Notes under the pieces: model-generated
What the model was told of the DNA's origin: nothing
Seen by the model: the letters and a program-made list of their open reading frames with translations, nothing else
Databases searched by the model: none
Program-made: the position numbers and the translations under genes
Part shown: in pieces, positions 37,302 to 46,914 of the stretch
Numbering within the stretch: position 1 is the stretch's first letter
Layout of the letters: every line of letters begins with the position of its first letter
Source of the DNA: Vulcanimicrobiales bacterium
GTDB lineage: Bacteria; Vulcanimicrobiota; Vulcanimicrobiia; Vulcanimicrobiales; Vulcanimicrobiaceae
Assembly: GCA_038231455.1 (NCBI GenBank)
Contig: JBBRLI010000001.1
Location: 256,001-320,000 of the forward strand
Direction: 5' to 3'
Length of the DNA stretch: 64,000 nucleotides

Positions 37302-37931
37302 CTAGCTGACTATTTCGAACCGGCACTCGGTGCCGCCGGTTGCGAGCGACTCCGTTTGCGTCGTCGTCGCGGGGACGTTCTCTTTGAAAATCGTGTGAAT
37401 GATCGAACAGACTTCGGGATGCTCGCCCACGGTCTTTGCGTACGGGCAATTATGTTCGTGGATGACATAGCCCGTGGCGGTCGTCTCGAGTTTCGCCTCA
37501 ACGCCCGATTCGCGCAGGATCGCCGTCAGCTCGATCACCCGTTCGGGCATGGCTTTATCGCCCAGCCGCTCGGCAACGCGTTCGGACGAGCGCTTGCCCA
37601 TCGCATCGAAGATCGATTTGACGGCCGCTTCGCCCCCCGATGCGCGGACCTCGCGCAAGACGGCGTTGAGCATCTTATCGTACTGCTGGGGGAAGAATCG
37701 CTCGGCATCGGCCGTCAGCGCGAACTCGTGCGTGGGCTTCGTCTTGCCACGACGCACCGCGTGCCCCGTGACCAACCCATCGCGCTCGAGAATGACGAGC
37801 TGCTGCCGGATGGCATTCGGCGAGAGACCGAACTCCTGGGCGAGTTCGAATGCCGAAGCCCCGTGACGTCCGCGCAGGGCCGTCACGATCTTCCCACGCG
37901 TCGTCTCAAAGAAGCGATCTTGCGGATTCAT
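37302..37931 (-). CDS. sufR: SufR-like Fe-S-sensing transcriptional regulator
   Basis: N-terminal wHTH (LAQEFGLSPNAIRQQL..LERDGLV), FP..Y, HNCPY...EVC...ECRF; divergent from suf genes. Confidence 0.8.
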   Translation of the reverse strand: MNPQDRFFETTRGKIVTALRGRHGASAFELAQEFGLSPNAIRQQLVILERDGLVTGHAVRRGKTKPTHEFALTADAERFFPQQYDKMLNAVLREVRASGGEAAVKSIFDAMGKRSSERVAERLGDKAMPERVIELTAILRESGVEAKLETTATGYVIHEHNCPYAKTVGEHPEVCSIIHTIFKENVPATTTQTESLATGGTECRFEIVS

Positions 37932-37941
37932 TCCACCGTCG

Positions 37942-38007
37942 AGGATAGCACGCTATCGGAAGATAGTCCAGGCTTTCCTTGACTTTCTTCCGTAGACGTT
38001 TTACGAT
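37942..38007. promoter_or_regulatory. Divergent sufR/sufC promoter region with palindrome
   Basis: Plus strand TTGACT(37979)-N17-TACGAT(38002); minus strand TG-n-TATCCT; perfect IR GATAGC-AC-GCTATC at 37944-37957. Confidence 0.6.
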
Positions 38008-38062
38008 GGGGGTCGCGTTCAACGCCCCTTTACTCTAAAGAACCGAAGCCAGGAGCTACCAA

Positions 38063-38836
38063 GTGTCGGATCGTGGTCTGCGCATCAAGGACTTGCGCGC
38101 CAGCGTTGCTGGAAAACAAATTCTCAACGGGATCGACTTGGTTGTTGAACCGGGCAAAGTCCATGCGCTGATGGGCCCCAACGGCAGCGGCAAATCGACG
38201 CTCGCCTTTGCGATGACGGGCCATCCGAATTATGAGATTCTCGGCGGCTCGGTCACCCTCGATGGCGAGGAGCTGATCGGCATGCCGCCCGACAAGCGTG
38301 CCAAGGCCGGCTTATTTCTCTCGTTTCAGTATCCGGCTGCGATCCCGGGCGTGAGCGTTGCAAACTTCATTCGTACCGCGCGTCAGTCGGTAAACCCGAC
38401 CGATCTTCCGCCCGCGAAATTCCGCAAGATGATCTTCGAGAAACTCGACGTGCTGGACATGGATCCGGCGTTTCTCAGCCGCTCGGTCAACGACGGCTTC
38501 TCGGGCGGTGAGAAAAAGCGCCTCGAGATGTTGCAGCTAGCGATCCTCAACCCAAAGTATGCGGTGCTCGATGAGACGGACTCGGGCCTCGATGTGGACG
38601 CGCTCGAATCGGTCGGCAAATCGGTCAACGCAATGCGCGAGACCGACGAAGGTAAAGAAACCGGCTTCCTCATCATCACGCACTATCCGCGCATCCTCCA
38701 GCACATCAAAGCCGATATCGTGCACATCATGATGGACGGACGCATCGTGAAAACCGGCGGCCCGGAACTGGCGAACGTGATCGAACGCGAAGGCTACGAC
38801 AAAATCCGTGAAGAGGTCGCGGGTGGCGTCGCTTAG
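38063..38836 (+). CDS. sufC: Fe-S assembly ATPase SufC
   Basis: HALMGPNGSGKSTL, FQYP..IPGV, GFSGGEKKR, LDETDSGLD, ITHY. Confidence 0.95.
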   Translation: MSDRGLRIKDLRASVAGKQILNGIDLVVEPGKVHALMGPNGSGKSTLAFAMTGHPNYEILGGSVTLDGEELIGMPPDKRAKAGLFLSFQYPAAIPGVSVANFIRTARQSVNPTDLPPAKFRKMIFEKLDVLDMDPAFLSRSVNDGFSGGEKKRLEMLQLAILNPKYAVLDETDSGLDVDALESVGKSVNAMRETDEGKETGFLIITHYPRILQHIKADIVHIMMDGRIVKTGGPELANVIEREGYDKIREEVAGGVA

Positions 38837-40112
38837 TTTGGATCACGCGGGGATCTCGAGCGAGACGCTCGAGCACCTGATGGCCGGTGCATCGCCGGCC
38901 TTCGATGCCGCTGCACGTCGCACGGCCCTTGCCGCGTATGAAGCGCTGCCGTATCCGACCGCGTCGTACGGGCGGTACTGGAAGCACGACCTGCACAAGA
39001 TCGACCTGACCCACGTCGTAACGAGCGCCGCTCCGGCGACCGATTTTGCCGCGCCCGAAATCTTCGCAAGCGATGCACGTTCGGCGCAGATCAGTTTTAT
39101 CGACGGCGTTATCGCAATCGAACTGCCGGATGCACTCCGCGAACGCGGCGTAATCGTGACCGACCTTGCCACCGCTCGTCGCACGCATACAGCGCTGCTC
39201 GATGCGGCGCTCGGTACGACGGTGAACGTCGCAGACGACAAGTACGCAGCGCTCGCGCTGGCCTTCCAGAACGTGGGCGCATTCGTCCACATCCCCGCAG
39301 GCGTTGCCGTCGACCATCCGATCGTGATTCGCTACGCGGCCGTCGCAAACGATGCGTTTCCTTATACGGTAATCTCGGCCGGCGAGAACGCACGCGTGAC
39401 CGTGATCGAGCAACTCGTTACCGGCGATGCTCCCCGTTTTATGTGCGGAATCGCAGAGATTATCGCGGGAACCCGCGCCCAGGTCGACTATGCGATGGTG
39501 CAGTCGGCGAACATTCAATCGAAAACGATGATCGCTCGCGGCGCGACCGTCGGTAACGACGCCGTCGTGCGTATCGGCCTCGCGGAGCTTGGCTCGGCCC
39601 TAACCGTCGATACGCTCAAGGCGCTCGAACATGCGCCCGGCGGACATACGGATGTTGCGGGACTGTTTTTCGCCACGGGCGATCAGCACGTCGATCTCTC
39701 GACGCAGGTCGATCACGCCGTCGGTTCCACGACATCGAACACGATTATCAAGAGCGCCGCATCGGATCGCGGCCAAGCCCGGTATCTGGGCAACATCCGC
39801 ATCCGCAAATCCGCCCACGGCAGCGACAGCTCGCTGCGCGATGACGTGTTGTTGCTCAGTGAAAAAGCCCACGTCGACTCGATCCCCGCGCTCGAAATCG
39901 CCGCCAATGACGTCAAAGCGTTTCACGGCGCGACCGTCGGCGCAATCGATGCGGATCAGTTGTTCTACCTGATGAGCCGCGGCGTTCCGCGCGTTGAAGC
40001 CGAGCGTTTGATCGCGCTTGGATTCTTCGAACCGGCGATCGCCCAATTTCCCACCGAAACCTTGCGCGTGCATCTGCGTGAGGCACTCGAAGCGAAGGTT
40101 ACCGCCCAATGA
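38823..40112 (+). CDS. sufD: Fe-S assembly protein SufD
   Basis: LLSEKAHVDSIPALEI.ANDVKAFHGATVG...LFYLMSRG. Confidence 0.85.
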   Translation: MASLSLDHAGISSETLEHLMAGASPAFDAAARRTALAAYEALPYPTASYGRYWKHDLHKIDLTHVVTSAAPATDFAAPEIFASDARSAQISFIDGVIAIELPDALRERGVIVTDLATARRTHTALLDAALGTTVNVADDKYAALALAFQNVGAFVHIPAGVAVDHPIVIRYAAVANDAFPYTVISAGENARVTVIEQLVTGDAPRFMCGIAEIIAGTRAQVDYAMVQSANIQSKTMIARGATVGNDAVVRIGLAELGSALTVDTLKALEHAPGGHTDVAGLFFATGDQHVDLSTQVDHAVGSTTSNTIIKSAASDRGQARYLGNIRIRKSAHGSDSSLRDDVLLLSEKAHVDSIPALEIAANDVKAFHGATVGAIDADQLFYLMSRGVPRVEAERLIALGFFEPAIAQFPTETLRVHLREALEAKVTAQ

Positions 40113-41359
40113 TCGCTACCGTCGATCCGAAAGAGGCCGCGATCGTCGCGGATTTCCCGATCCTCGCGACGGTGACGTCGCGCGGCAAGCGGCTTGTCTA
40201 TTTGGATTCGGCGGCGAGTTCGCAAAAACCCCAAGTCGTGATCGACTCGCTCGTGGACTACTACTCGAACTATAATGCGAATATCCACCGCGGCGTGTAT
40301 GAGATCGCCTCCCGCGCGACCGATGCATTTGAAGGCGCGCGCGAAAAAGTCGCGCGTTTTATCAACGCCGCAGAATCCGCTGAAGTCATCTGGACGCGCA
40401 ACACGACCGAAGCGATCAACCTCGTAAGCTTCACGTGGGGTATGGAGAATCTCAAGCCCGGCGATGCGATCCTTGCATCCGAGGTCGAGCACCACTCAAA
40501 CCTTGTGCCCTGGCAGTTACTCGCGGCAAAAACCGGCGCCGAACTGCGCTTGATACCAGTTGACGCGGTCGGCACGATGCAGATCGGCCAGCTCGATACG
40601 CTCCTACGTGGCGTGAAGCTTGTCGCGATTTCTCACATCTCGAATACGCTGGGATCGATCGCGCCGCTCGATGTCATCATCGCGAAAGCGCATGCGGTCG
40701 GCGCGGTCGTGCTCGTCGACGGCGCGCAATCGGTACCGCACATGCCGATCGACGTGCAGGCGCTCGATGTCGACTTCTTCGCGGCCAGCGGGCACAAGAT
40801 GTGCGGCCCGACCGGCATCGGCTTTCTCTACGGCAAACGCGCCTTGCTTGAGGCGATGCCGCCGTTCCTCACGGGCGGCGACATGATCAAGAAAGTCGGC
40901 TACGAGCACACGACGTTCAACGAACTCCCGTGGAAGTTCGAAGCGGGCACGAGCAACATCGCCGATGCAATCGCGCTTGGCGTCGCATGCGACTATCTCA
41001 CAAGCGTGGGCATGGACTGGATCCGTCAGCACGAGATCGCACTCACGCGTTACGCACTCGAACGGATGGCGCCGCTCGTATCGCGCGGACTTGCGATCTA
41101 CGGCCCGCCCAAAGCCGAAAACCGTGCCGGCGTCATCTCGTTTAATTTCGCCGACATCCACGCGCACGACATGGCCTCCATCCTGGACACCGAGGGCGTC
41201 TGCGTCCGCGCTGGACACCACTGCACGATGCCGCTCATGGACAAGATGGGCTGGCCCGCCACCGCGCGCGCCTCGTTCTATCTCTACAATACGGAAGCGG
41301 ATGTCGACGCACTGATCGCCGGCCTCGAAAAAGCCGCCGACGTCTTTCAGATCGCTTGA
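40109..41359 (+). CDS. sufS: Cysteine desulfurase SufS
   Basis: YLDSAASSQKP, EHHSNLVPWQ, SGHKM, RAGHHC. Confidence 0.95.
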   Translation: MIATVDPKEAAIVADFPILATVTSRGKRLVYLDSAASSQKPQVVIDSLVDYYSNYNANIHRGVYEIASRATDAFEGAREKVARFINAAESAEVIWTRNTTEAINLVSFTWGMENLKPGDAILASEVEHHSNLVPWQLLAAKTGAELRLIPVDAVGTMQIGQLDTLLRGVKLVAISHISNTLGSIAPLDVIIAKAHAVGAVVLVDGAQSVPHMPIDVQALDVDFFAASGHKMCGPTGIGFLYGKRALLEAMPPFLTGGDMIKKVGYEHTTFNELPWKFEAGTSNIADAIALGVACDYLTSVGMDWIRQHEIALTRYALERMAPLVSRGLAIYGPPKAENRAGVISFNFADIHAHDMASILDTEGVCVRAGHHCTMPLMDKMGWPATARASFYLYNTEADVDALIAGLEKAADVFQIA

Positions 41360-41367
41360 TGTAGGCT

Positions 41368-41772
41368 ATGGACGACTTTTATAAAGAATATATCTTAGAT
41401 CATTACCGTAAGCCGCGGAACTTTGGACATCTTGAGAATCCGACGGCGAAGGCTGAGGATTTGAATCCGCTTTGTGGCGATACGATTACGATGGAACTCA
41501 AAGTGAATGCGGCGGGCATCGTTGAGGACATTGCGTTTTCCGGCAAGGGTTGTGCGATCTCGCAAGCCTCCGCCTCGATGCTCACCGAATCGATTCGCGG
41601 CGAGAAACTCGAAGACGTTGCGAAATTGCAGCAGCAGGTTGTGCTCGACAACGTCGGCTTTGGCATTACGCCCGCGCGCATGAAGTGCGCGATGCTCGGA
41701 CTCAAAGTGCTCAAGAGCGCGGCACTGGGCGAAATCGCAACCTGGCCCGACGAGGCGCCGCCCGCGCCATGA
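41368..41772 (+). CDS. sufU: SufU-type scaffold/sulfur acceptor
   Basis: ILDHY.KPRN.G, NPLCGD, GCAISQASAS, RMKCA. Confidence 0.9.
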   Translation: MDDFYKEYILDHYRKPRNFGHLENPTAKAEDLNPLCGDTITMELKVNAAGIVEDIAFSGKGCAISQASASMLTESIRGEKLEDVAKLQQQVVLDNVGFGITPARMKCAMLGLKVLKSAALGEIATWPDEAPPAP

Positions 41773-42092
41773 TCGAGACGACGGTTCGCCTTGCGGCGGC
41801 GATCGTCTGCGATTTCCTGGCCCTTGCGATTTGGAATGTCGGGACGCGTCCGCCGGGGCAACTCGTTGCCGACATTCGTTTCGGCATCCGCACGCGAGCG
41901 ACGCTCGGTCGCGGACTCGCCGCGTTCATCTGGGGAGCGCTTCTGCTGATGCTCGGCGTGATCGCGCTTGTCCCGACCGTGCGCGCGAGCGTCCTTGGCC
42001 TCGTCGAGATCTACACCGTCGTTGCAGCACTCGTCCTCGAGCAACTGCTCGGCGAAGACCTACGCGCGCGGTTCTTGTTTCTGCGGCGCTAA
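41769..42092 (+). CDS. Small membrane protein (3 TM)
   Basis: ATGA overlap with sufU; hydrophobic 107-aa ORF. Confidence 0.65.
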   Translation: MIETTVRLAAAIVCDFLALAIWNVGTRPPGQLVADIRFGIRTRATLGRGLAAFIWGALLLMLGVIALVPTVRASVLGLVEIYTVVAALVLEQLLGEDLRARFLFLRR

Positions 42093-42539
42093 ACTCAAGT
42101 GGCGGCCTTCGTCGCATACGTCTTGCACGTCGTACGCCCGCGCAGCGTAGGTCACGCGTCCGTGCGGCGTCTCGATCGTCACGTAGACTCGGCGGCCATC
42201 CACACCGGCCGTGCGGTTTGTGATCGCAACGTCGCGCACCCTCACGAGGGGGCCAGTGATTCCGTACTGCGTCGCCGTCTTGGGCAGCGGGAGCATTAAG
42301 TCGTCCCAATGGCCAATTACGCCGCCCGAGAGCTTCGTCGTGGCGCGAATCGTCGCGCCATCCGGAACGGGAAACGCGGCGGGGGCATCGGCGATCGAAC
42401 TCACAACGCTTTCCATTGCGGTCGGCTTCGGCGCTTTCTCACCGCAGAACGTATCGACCGTCCGCGGAGCGCGAATTCGCGGTCCCGTCTGGACGCACGC
42501 GGTAAGGATCAAAAGAGAGACAACGGCTAGGACTCGCAC
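42060..42539 (-). CDS. Hypothetical lipoprotein
   Basis: GTG start after GAGGA; MRVLAVVSLLILTAC lipobox. Confidence 0.65.
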   Translation of the reverse strand: MRVLAVVSLLILTACVQTGPRIRAPRTVDTFCGEKAPKPTAMESVVSSIADAPAAFPVPDGATIRATTKLSGGVIGHWDDLMLPLPKTATQYGITGPLVRVRDVAITNRTAGVDGRRVYVTIETPHGRVTYAARAYDVQDVCDEGRHLSLAPQKQEPRA

Positions 42540-42822
42540 TCCTCGATTTTCCGCCCAAGCAGCACGGCGCCCCGCCCGGTAAAGTCGCAAGGAGCGTCGG
42601 GAGCAGGGGCCGTCTTTCGCATAGCGATAACCAGCCGACGATGTTCGGATCGACCGACCAATCCGATTCTCCTTACCGTGCGTCTAAGGCACAACGTAAG
42701 GAAATTTCGGTTCATCGCCGTTGGCGAAAACCGCAGGGAGTTTCCACGTTTGCTTTTAATCGAAAAGCTGTTTCGTGGTGCGAATCCTCGATCGCTTGCC
42801 CAACCCAGGAAGGGGTCCTGAA

Positions 42823-44070
42823 GTGAATACTTCCGATAAACTCAACCGCGGTAAATTCCTCGGCGGCACGCTTGCTGCCGGCGCGATGGCGTTCGGCGGC
42901 GCGCCGTACGTTATGGCCGCAACCAAAGAGATCGTCATCGGTCTCAACGTCCCGCAATCCGGTTCGTACTCGGATCAAGGTCAGGATCAGCTTCGCGCGT
43001 ACAAACTCGCAATCGAAGAGATCAACAAATCCGGCGGCATCATGGGCATGCAGATCAAAGCGACGATCGGCGACGATCAAACGCTCGCACCGGTCGCAAC
43101 CGATAACGCGCGACGGATGATCGAACGAGATGGCGCAGTGATGATCACCGGCGGTTCGTCGACCGGTACGGCGAACGCCGTTTCGAGCCTCTGCCAAGAC
43201 AAGAAAACGATCTTTATGGCGGCCCTCACGCACGGTGACGATCCGACGAATGATAAGTGCCATAAGCATACCTTCCGTCGCTACATCAACGCCCACATGT
43301 CGGCAAAAGCGATGGCGACGGAGCTGATCAGCAAATACGGTGCCGGTAAGTGGTTCCATATCACGGCCGACTACTCGTGGGGCCACAGCGTGTTCGACAA
43401 CCTCACCTCGGTCGTCGAACCCAAAGGCGCCAAGACGATCAACAACGTTCTGCTCAAACTTGGAACCTCGGACTTCTCGCAAGCCCTCGGACAAGCGCAG
43501 GCAGCAAAGCCCGACGTTCTCGTCATCACCGAATTCGGCAAAGACATGGTCAACTGCCTCAATCAAGCCGCGCAGTTCGGCCTGACGAAAACGACCAAGA
43601 TCCTCGTCCCGCTCGCCGATGAGTACATGGCCAAAGGCACGGGCGACAACATGGACAACGTCGTGACGACCGCGCCGTTCTACTACAAATACCACGCTGC
43701 GAAATACCCGGCCGCGAAGAAATTCGTCAACGCGTTCATGGCCAAGTACGGTTCGCCGCCCTCGAACGGTGCCGAGTGCGCGTATACCAGCCTCTACCAG
43801 TATAAGATGGCCGTCGAACGCGCCGGTTCGATTAATCCCGACGCCGTCATCAAAGCCCTTGAGGGCCACAAATTTCAAGCCACCAAAGGCCCGGAATACT
43901 GGCGCGAGTGGGACCATCAAAGCATCAATAGCGTGCTCGTGATGGAAGGCATCCCGGTCAAAGATCGCGGCGGCGACGCCTTCGCATTCGCCAAAGTGCT
44001 CCATGAAGTCGATGGGGAATCGGTTGCGATTCCGCGTGGCGAGTCCAAGTGCAAGATCGAAGTCGCATAA
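42823..44070 (+). CDS. LivJ/K-type (HAAT) ABC solute-binding protein
   Basis: IGLNVPQSGSY..QG, LAIEEIN..GGI.G, ITADYSWG, DAVIKALEG; Tat-like signal. Confidence 0.9.
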   Translation: MNTSDKLNRGKFLGGTLAAGAMAFGGAPYVMAATKEIVIGLNVPQSGSYSDQGQDQLRAYKLAIEEINKSGGIMGMQIKATIGDDQTLAPVATDNARRMIERDGAVMITGGSSTGTANAVSSLCQDKKTIFMAALTHGDDPTNDKCHKHTFRRYINAHMSAKAMATELISKYGAGKWFHITADYSWGHSVFDNLTSVVEPKGAKTINNVLLKLGTSDFSQALGQAQAAKPDVLVITEFGKDMVNCLNQAAQFGLTKTTKILVPLADEYMAKGTGDNMDNVVTTAPFYYKYHAAKYPAAKKFVNAFMAKYGSPPSNGAECAYTSLYQYKMAVERAGSINPDAVIKALEGHKFQATKGPEYWREWDHQSINSVLVMEGIPVKDRGGDAFAFAKVLHEVDGESVAIPRGESKCKIEVA

Positions 44071-44090
44071 CCGCCCTTCGACCGTAACGA

Positions 44091-44124
44091 AAAACGGGCG
44101 TTCGCGAAAGCGGGCGCCCGTTTT
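44091..44124 (+). terminator. Strong hairpin after the binding-protein gene (partial terminator/mRNA stabiliser)
   Basis: AAAACGGGCG-TTCGC-GAAA-GCGGG-CGCCCGTTTT. Confidence 0.7.
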
Positions 44125-44186
44125 CTGCATGAACGGCCCCGTGCGGAGCCGTACTACCCGCAAAGTCCAATTCCCCGGAGACTCGT

Positions 44187-45062
44187 TTGACCGCACAAGG
44201 CTTGATCCAAGCCCTTCTCAACGGCTTCATTCTCGGTTTGATCTACGTCGCGATCGCAATCGGCTTGACGATCATTTTCGGCATGCTGCGATTGGTGAAT
44301 TTCTCGCACGGCGCATTCTACGCAATCGGTGCCTATGTCGGCCTCGTCGTGACGCAGAAATTCGGGTTCGGCGCGGGCCTGATCGCGGGGCCGATCGCCG
44401 TCGCCATCGTCGCATTCGCTTTCGACCGGTTCCTCTTGCGTTTCTTCTACGACAAGGAACCGACGTCGCAAATTCTGCTTACGTTCGGCCTCGCCGTCAT
44501 CGCCGAGGAAACGCTACGCTTGATCTTCGGGGGCACGACCCAGCAGTATCCGCTACCGGACTGGCTCAAAGGCTCGATCGCACTTGCCGGTTTACAATAT
44601 CCGGCGTATCGCATCTACATGGCCATCGCGATCGTCGCAATTGTGATCTGCGTGTGGCTCTTCATCTCGCGCACGAACTACGGACTGATCGTGCGCGCCG
44701 GGGTTCGCGATCGCACGATGGTGCAGTTGCTCGGCGGCAATGTCCGCGCCGCATCGACGATGATTTTCGCGATCGGCGCGGGACTTGCGGGCCTCGTTGG
44801 CGTTGCCGCATCGCCGATTTACAGTATCGACCCGCAGACAGGTTTTAAATTTTTGATCCCCTCCTTCGTCGTCGTGGTCATCGGCGGCCTCGGCAGTTTT
44901 TGGGGCGCGGTGGCCGGCGGTTTGATCGTGGGCGAACTCAGCGCCGTCACGACGCTCATCTATCCCGGCGCAGCCGACGTCATCATTTACGTCGCGATGG
45001 CAGCGGTGCTGCTGGTCCGTCCGCAAGGCCTCTTCGGTGAGAGCGAGGTGATCAAAGGATGA
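44187..45062 (+). CDS. livH: HAAT ABC permease LivH-like
   Basis: AIGLTIIFGML..VNFSHG, VVVIGGLGSF.GA, LVRPQGLFG. Confidence 0.9.
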   Translation: MTAQGLIQALLNGFILGLIYVAIAIGLTIIFGMLRLVNFSHGAFYAIGAYVGLVVTQKFGFGAGLIAGPIAVAIVAFAFDRFLLRFFYDKEPTSQILLTFGLAVIAEETLRLIFGGTTQQYPLPDWLKGSIALAGLQYPAYRIYMAIAIVAIVICVWLFISRTNYGLIVRAGVRDRTMVQLLGGNVRAASTMIFAIGAGLAGLVGVAASPIYSIDPQTGFKFLIPSFVVVVIGGLGSFWGAVAGGLIVGELSAVTTLIYPGAADVIIYVAMAAVLLVRPQGLFGESEVIKG

Positions 45063-46147
45063 GCTCGTCACCATCGATGCTCGAAGCGACACCAACTCGC
45101 GCCATGCGGCGGGGCGGCGATCTTGCGTTCTATCTCTGGACGGCAGTCGGGCTCGTCCTCTTCCCATTCATCTTCCGCTTGCCGATCTTCAATGGTTACG
45201 GTGGCCTTGCAACGCAGATTTTGATCGTTGGAATAGCCGCAATCGGATTCAATCTCTTACTTGGTTATGCCGGACAACTCTCGTACGGTCACGCTGCGTT
45301 CTTCGGACTTGGCGCTTACGGCGCTGGTCTCACCGTGCTTAAATTTTTTCCCCAGGCGCACAGCTTCGGACTTGCCGTGATCTCCGGCGTCTTCATCGCA
45401 ACGCTCGCCGCTTTTATCATCGGCTCGCTTGTCGTCCGTCTGTACGGCATCTACTTTGCGCTACTGACCGTCGCGTTCGCGCAAATGGTGTATTTCGTTG
45501 TCTTCCAATGGCGCGACCTCACCAGCGGCGACGATGGCTTACAGAGCATCGGCACGCCCGCCGTCAATTTTGGGTTTACAAAGGTCGATCTCACCTCAAC
45601 GCTGCCCGCGTTCCCACTCGGACCATTCGGCGACTTGAGTGAGATTAAACTCTGGTATATCATGTCGGCCGTCATCATGTACTTGGTGCTCGCGTTCGTG
45701 CGCACGCTCGTCCGCTCGCAGTTCGGCGAAGTCCTCGAGGCGATTCGCGAAAACGAAGAACGATCGATCTTCGTCGGATTCGACCCGCGTCGCTATAAGC
45801 TCGCGGCGTTCGTCATCTCCGGTGCGCTCTGCGGTCTTGCGGGCGCGCTCCGTGCTCTCTACGACGGTTCGGCCGCGATCGATACGCTCACGGTCGAACA
45901 GAGCGGCGCGTTCGTTATCTATACCGTCGTCGGCGGCGTGGGAACGATCTTCGGGCCACTCGTTGGGACGGGTGTCATTATGTGGCTTGAAAACATCGTC
46001 AGCGCGAAGACCGGCGCATGGCGGCTCATTGAAGGCATCATCTTCGTTGCGGTGATCGTGTTCTTGCCGAACGGCGTGATCGGCACGTTCATCAAAAAAG
46101 GCAAAGGGAAATTCGATCTCTTCGCAACGCTGCGAGGCAAAAAATGA
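45059..46147 (+). CDS. livM: HAAT ABC permease LivM-like
   Basis: NLLLGYAGQLSYGHAAFFG.GAY, YFALLTVAFAQ, AIRENE. Confidence 0.9.
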   Translation: MSSSPSMLEATPTRAMRRGGDLAFYLWTAVGLVLFPFIFRLPIFNGYGGLATQILIVGIAAIGFNLLLGYAGQLSYGHAAFFGLGAYGAGLTVLKFFPQAHSFGLAVISGVFIATLAAFIIGSLVVRLYGIYFALLTVAFAQMVYFVVFQWRDLTSGDDGLQSIGTPAVNFGFTKVDLTSTLPAFPLGPFGDLSEIKLWYIMSAVIMYLVLAFVRTLVRSQFGEVLEAIRENEERSIFVGFDPRRYKLAAFVISGALCGLAGALRALYDGSAAIDTLTVEQSGAFVIYTVVGGVGTIFGPLVGTGVIMWLENIVSAKTGAWRLIEGIIFVAVIVFLPNGVIGTFIKKGKGKFDLFATLRGKK

Positions 46148-46914
46148 GCGAGATGATTCTGCAGACCAAGGGCCTGGGAAAGCGGTTCGGCCACTTTGCG
46201 GCCAATGCCGAGATCGACTTTGCGGTGCGTGCGGGCGAATTGCGCGCCGTCATCGGGCCCAACGGCGCGGGCAAAACGACGTTCTTCAACTTGCTCTCGG
46301 GCATCACGCTGCCGAGCGACGGCACGATCACCTACAAAGGCAACGACATCAGCATGGCCGGCGGACCGGCGCGCGTGCGGCTCGGCATCGCCAAGGCGTT
46401 CCAAACCGCCAATATCTACTCCGATCAGACCGTCGGCCAGAACGTCCGTCTAGCGGCGCTTGCGCGCGTACAAGGCTCGTTTGCACTGCAAGTCTTCCGC
46501 CGCTCGGGGCGCCTGGGCAAGGTCGATGAGATCGCTGAGCGCGCGCTCGAACGCGTGGAACTGGGCGAGATGATGCACACGCGCGCGGGCGATCTCTCGC
46601 ACGGGGATAAGAAGCGGCTCGATATCGCAATCGCCCTTGCCACCGAGCCCGAGATCCTGCTGCTCGACGAGCCGGTCGCGGGAATGTCGATCGACGAATC
46701 GCGCCGCACCGAGCAGCTCATTAAAAAACTCGCCGCCGAAATGACCGTGCTCATCATCGAACACGACATGGAAATGATCATGGGCATATCCGACTCGATC
46801 ACGGTGCTGCACCAAGGCAAGGTTCTTGCAAACGGCACCCCAGCCGAAATTCGCGCCAGCAAAACCGTCCAAGATGCCTATCTTGGCGGCCATTCAGAAT
46901 CAGAGATCGCATGA
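46144..46914 (+). CDS. livG: HAAT ABC ATPase LivG-like
   Basis: IGPNGAGKTT, LSHG, LLLDEP.AG, IEHDM, AYLG. Confidence 0.9.
   Translation: MSEMILQTKGLGKRFGHFAANAEIDFAVRAGELRAVIGPNGAGKTTFFNLLSGITLPSDGTITYKGNDISMAGGPARVRLGIAKAFQTANIYSDQTVGQNVRLAALARVQGSFALQVFRRSGRLGKVDEIAERALERVELGEMMHTRAGDLSHGDKKRLDIAIALATEPEILLLDEPVAGMSIDESRRTEQLIKKLAAEMTVLIIEHDMEMIMGISDSITVLHQGKVLANGTPAEIRASKTVQDAYLGGHSESEIA

Noticed and set aside
42712-44196. 494-aa minus-strand ORF
   Set aside because: Antisense shadow of the codon-biased SBP gene, common in high-GC DNA
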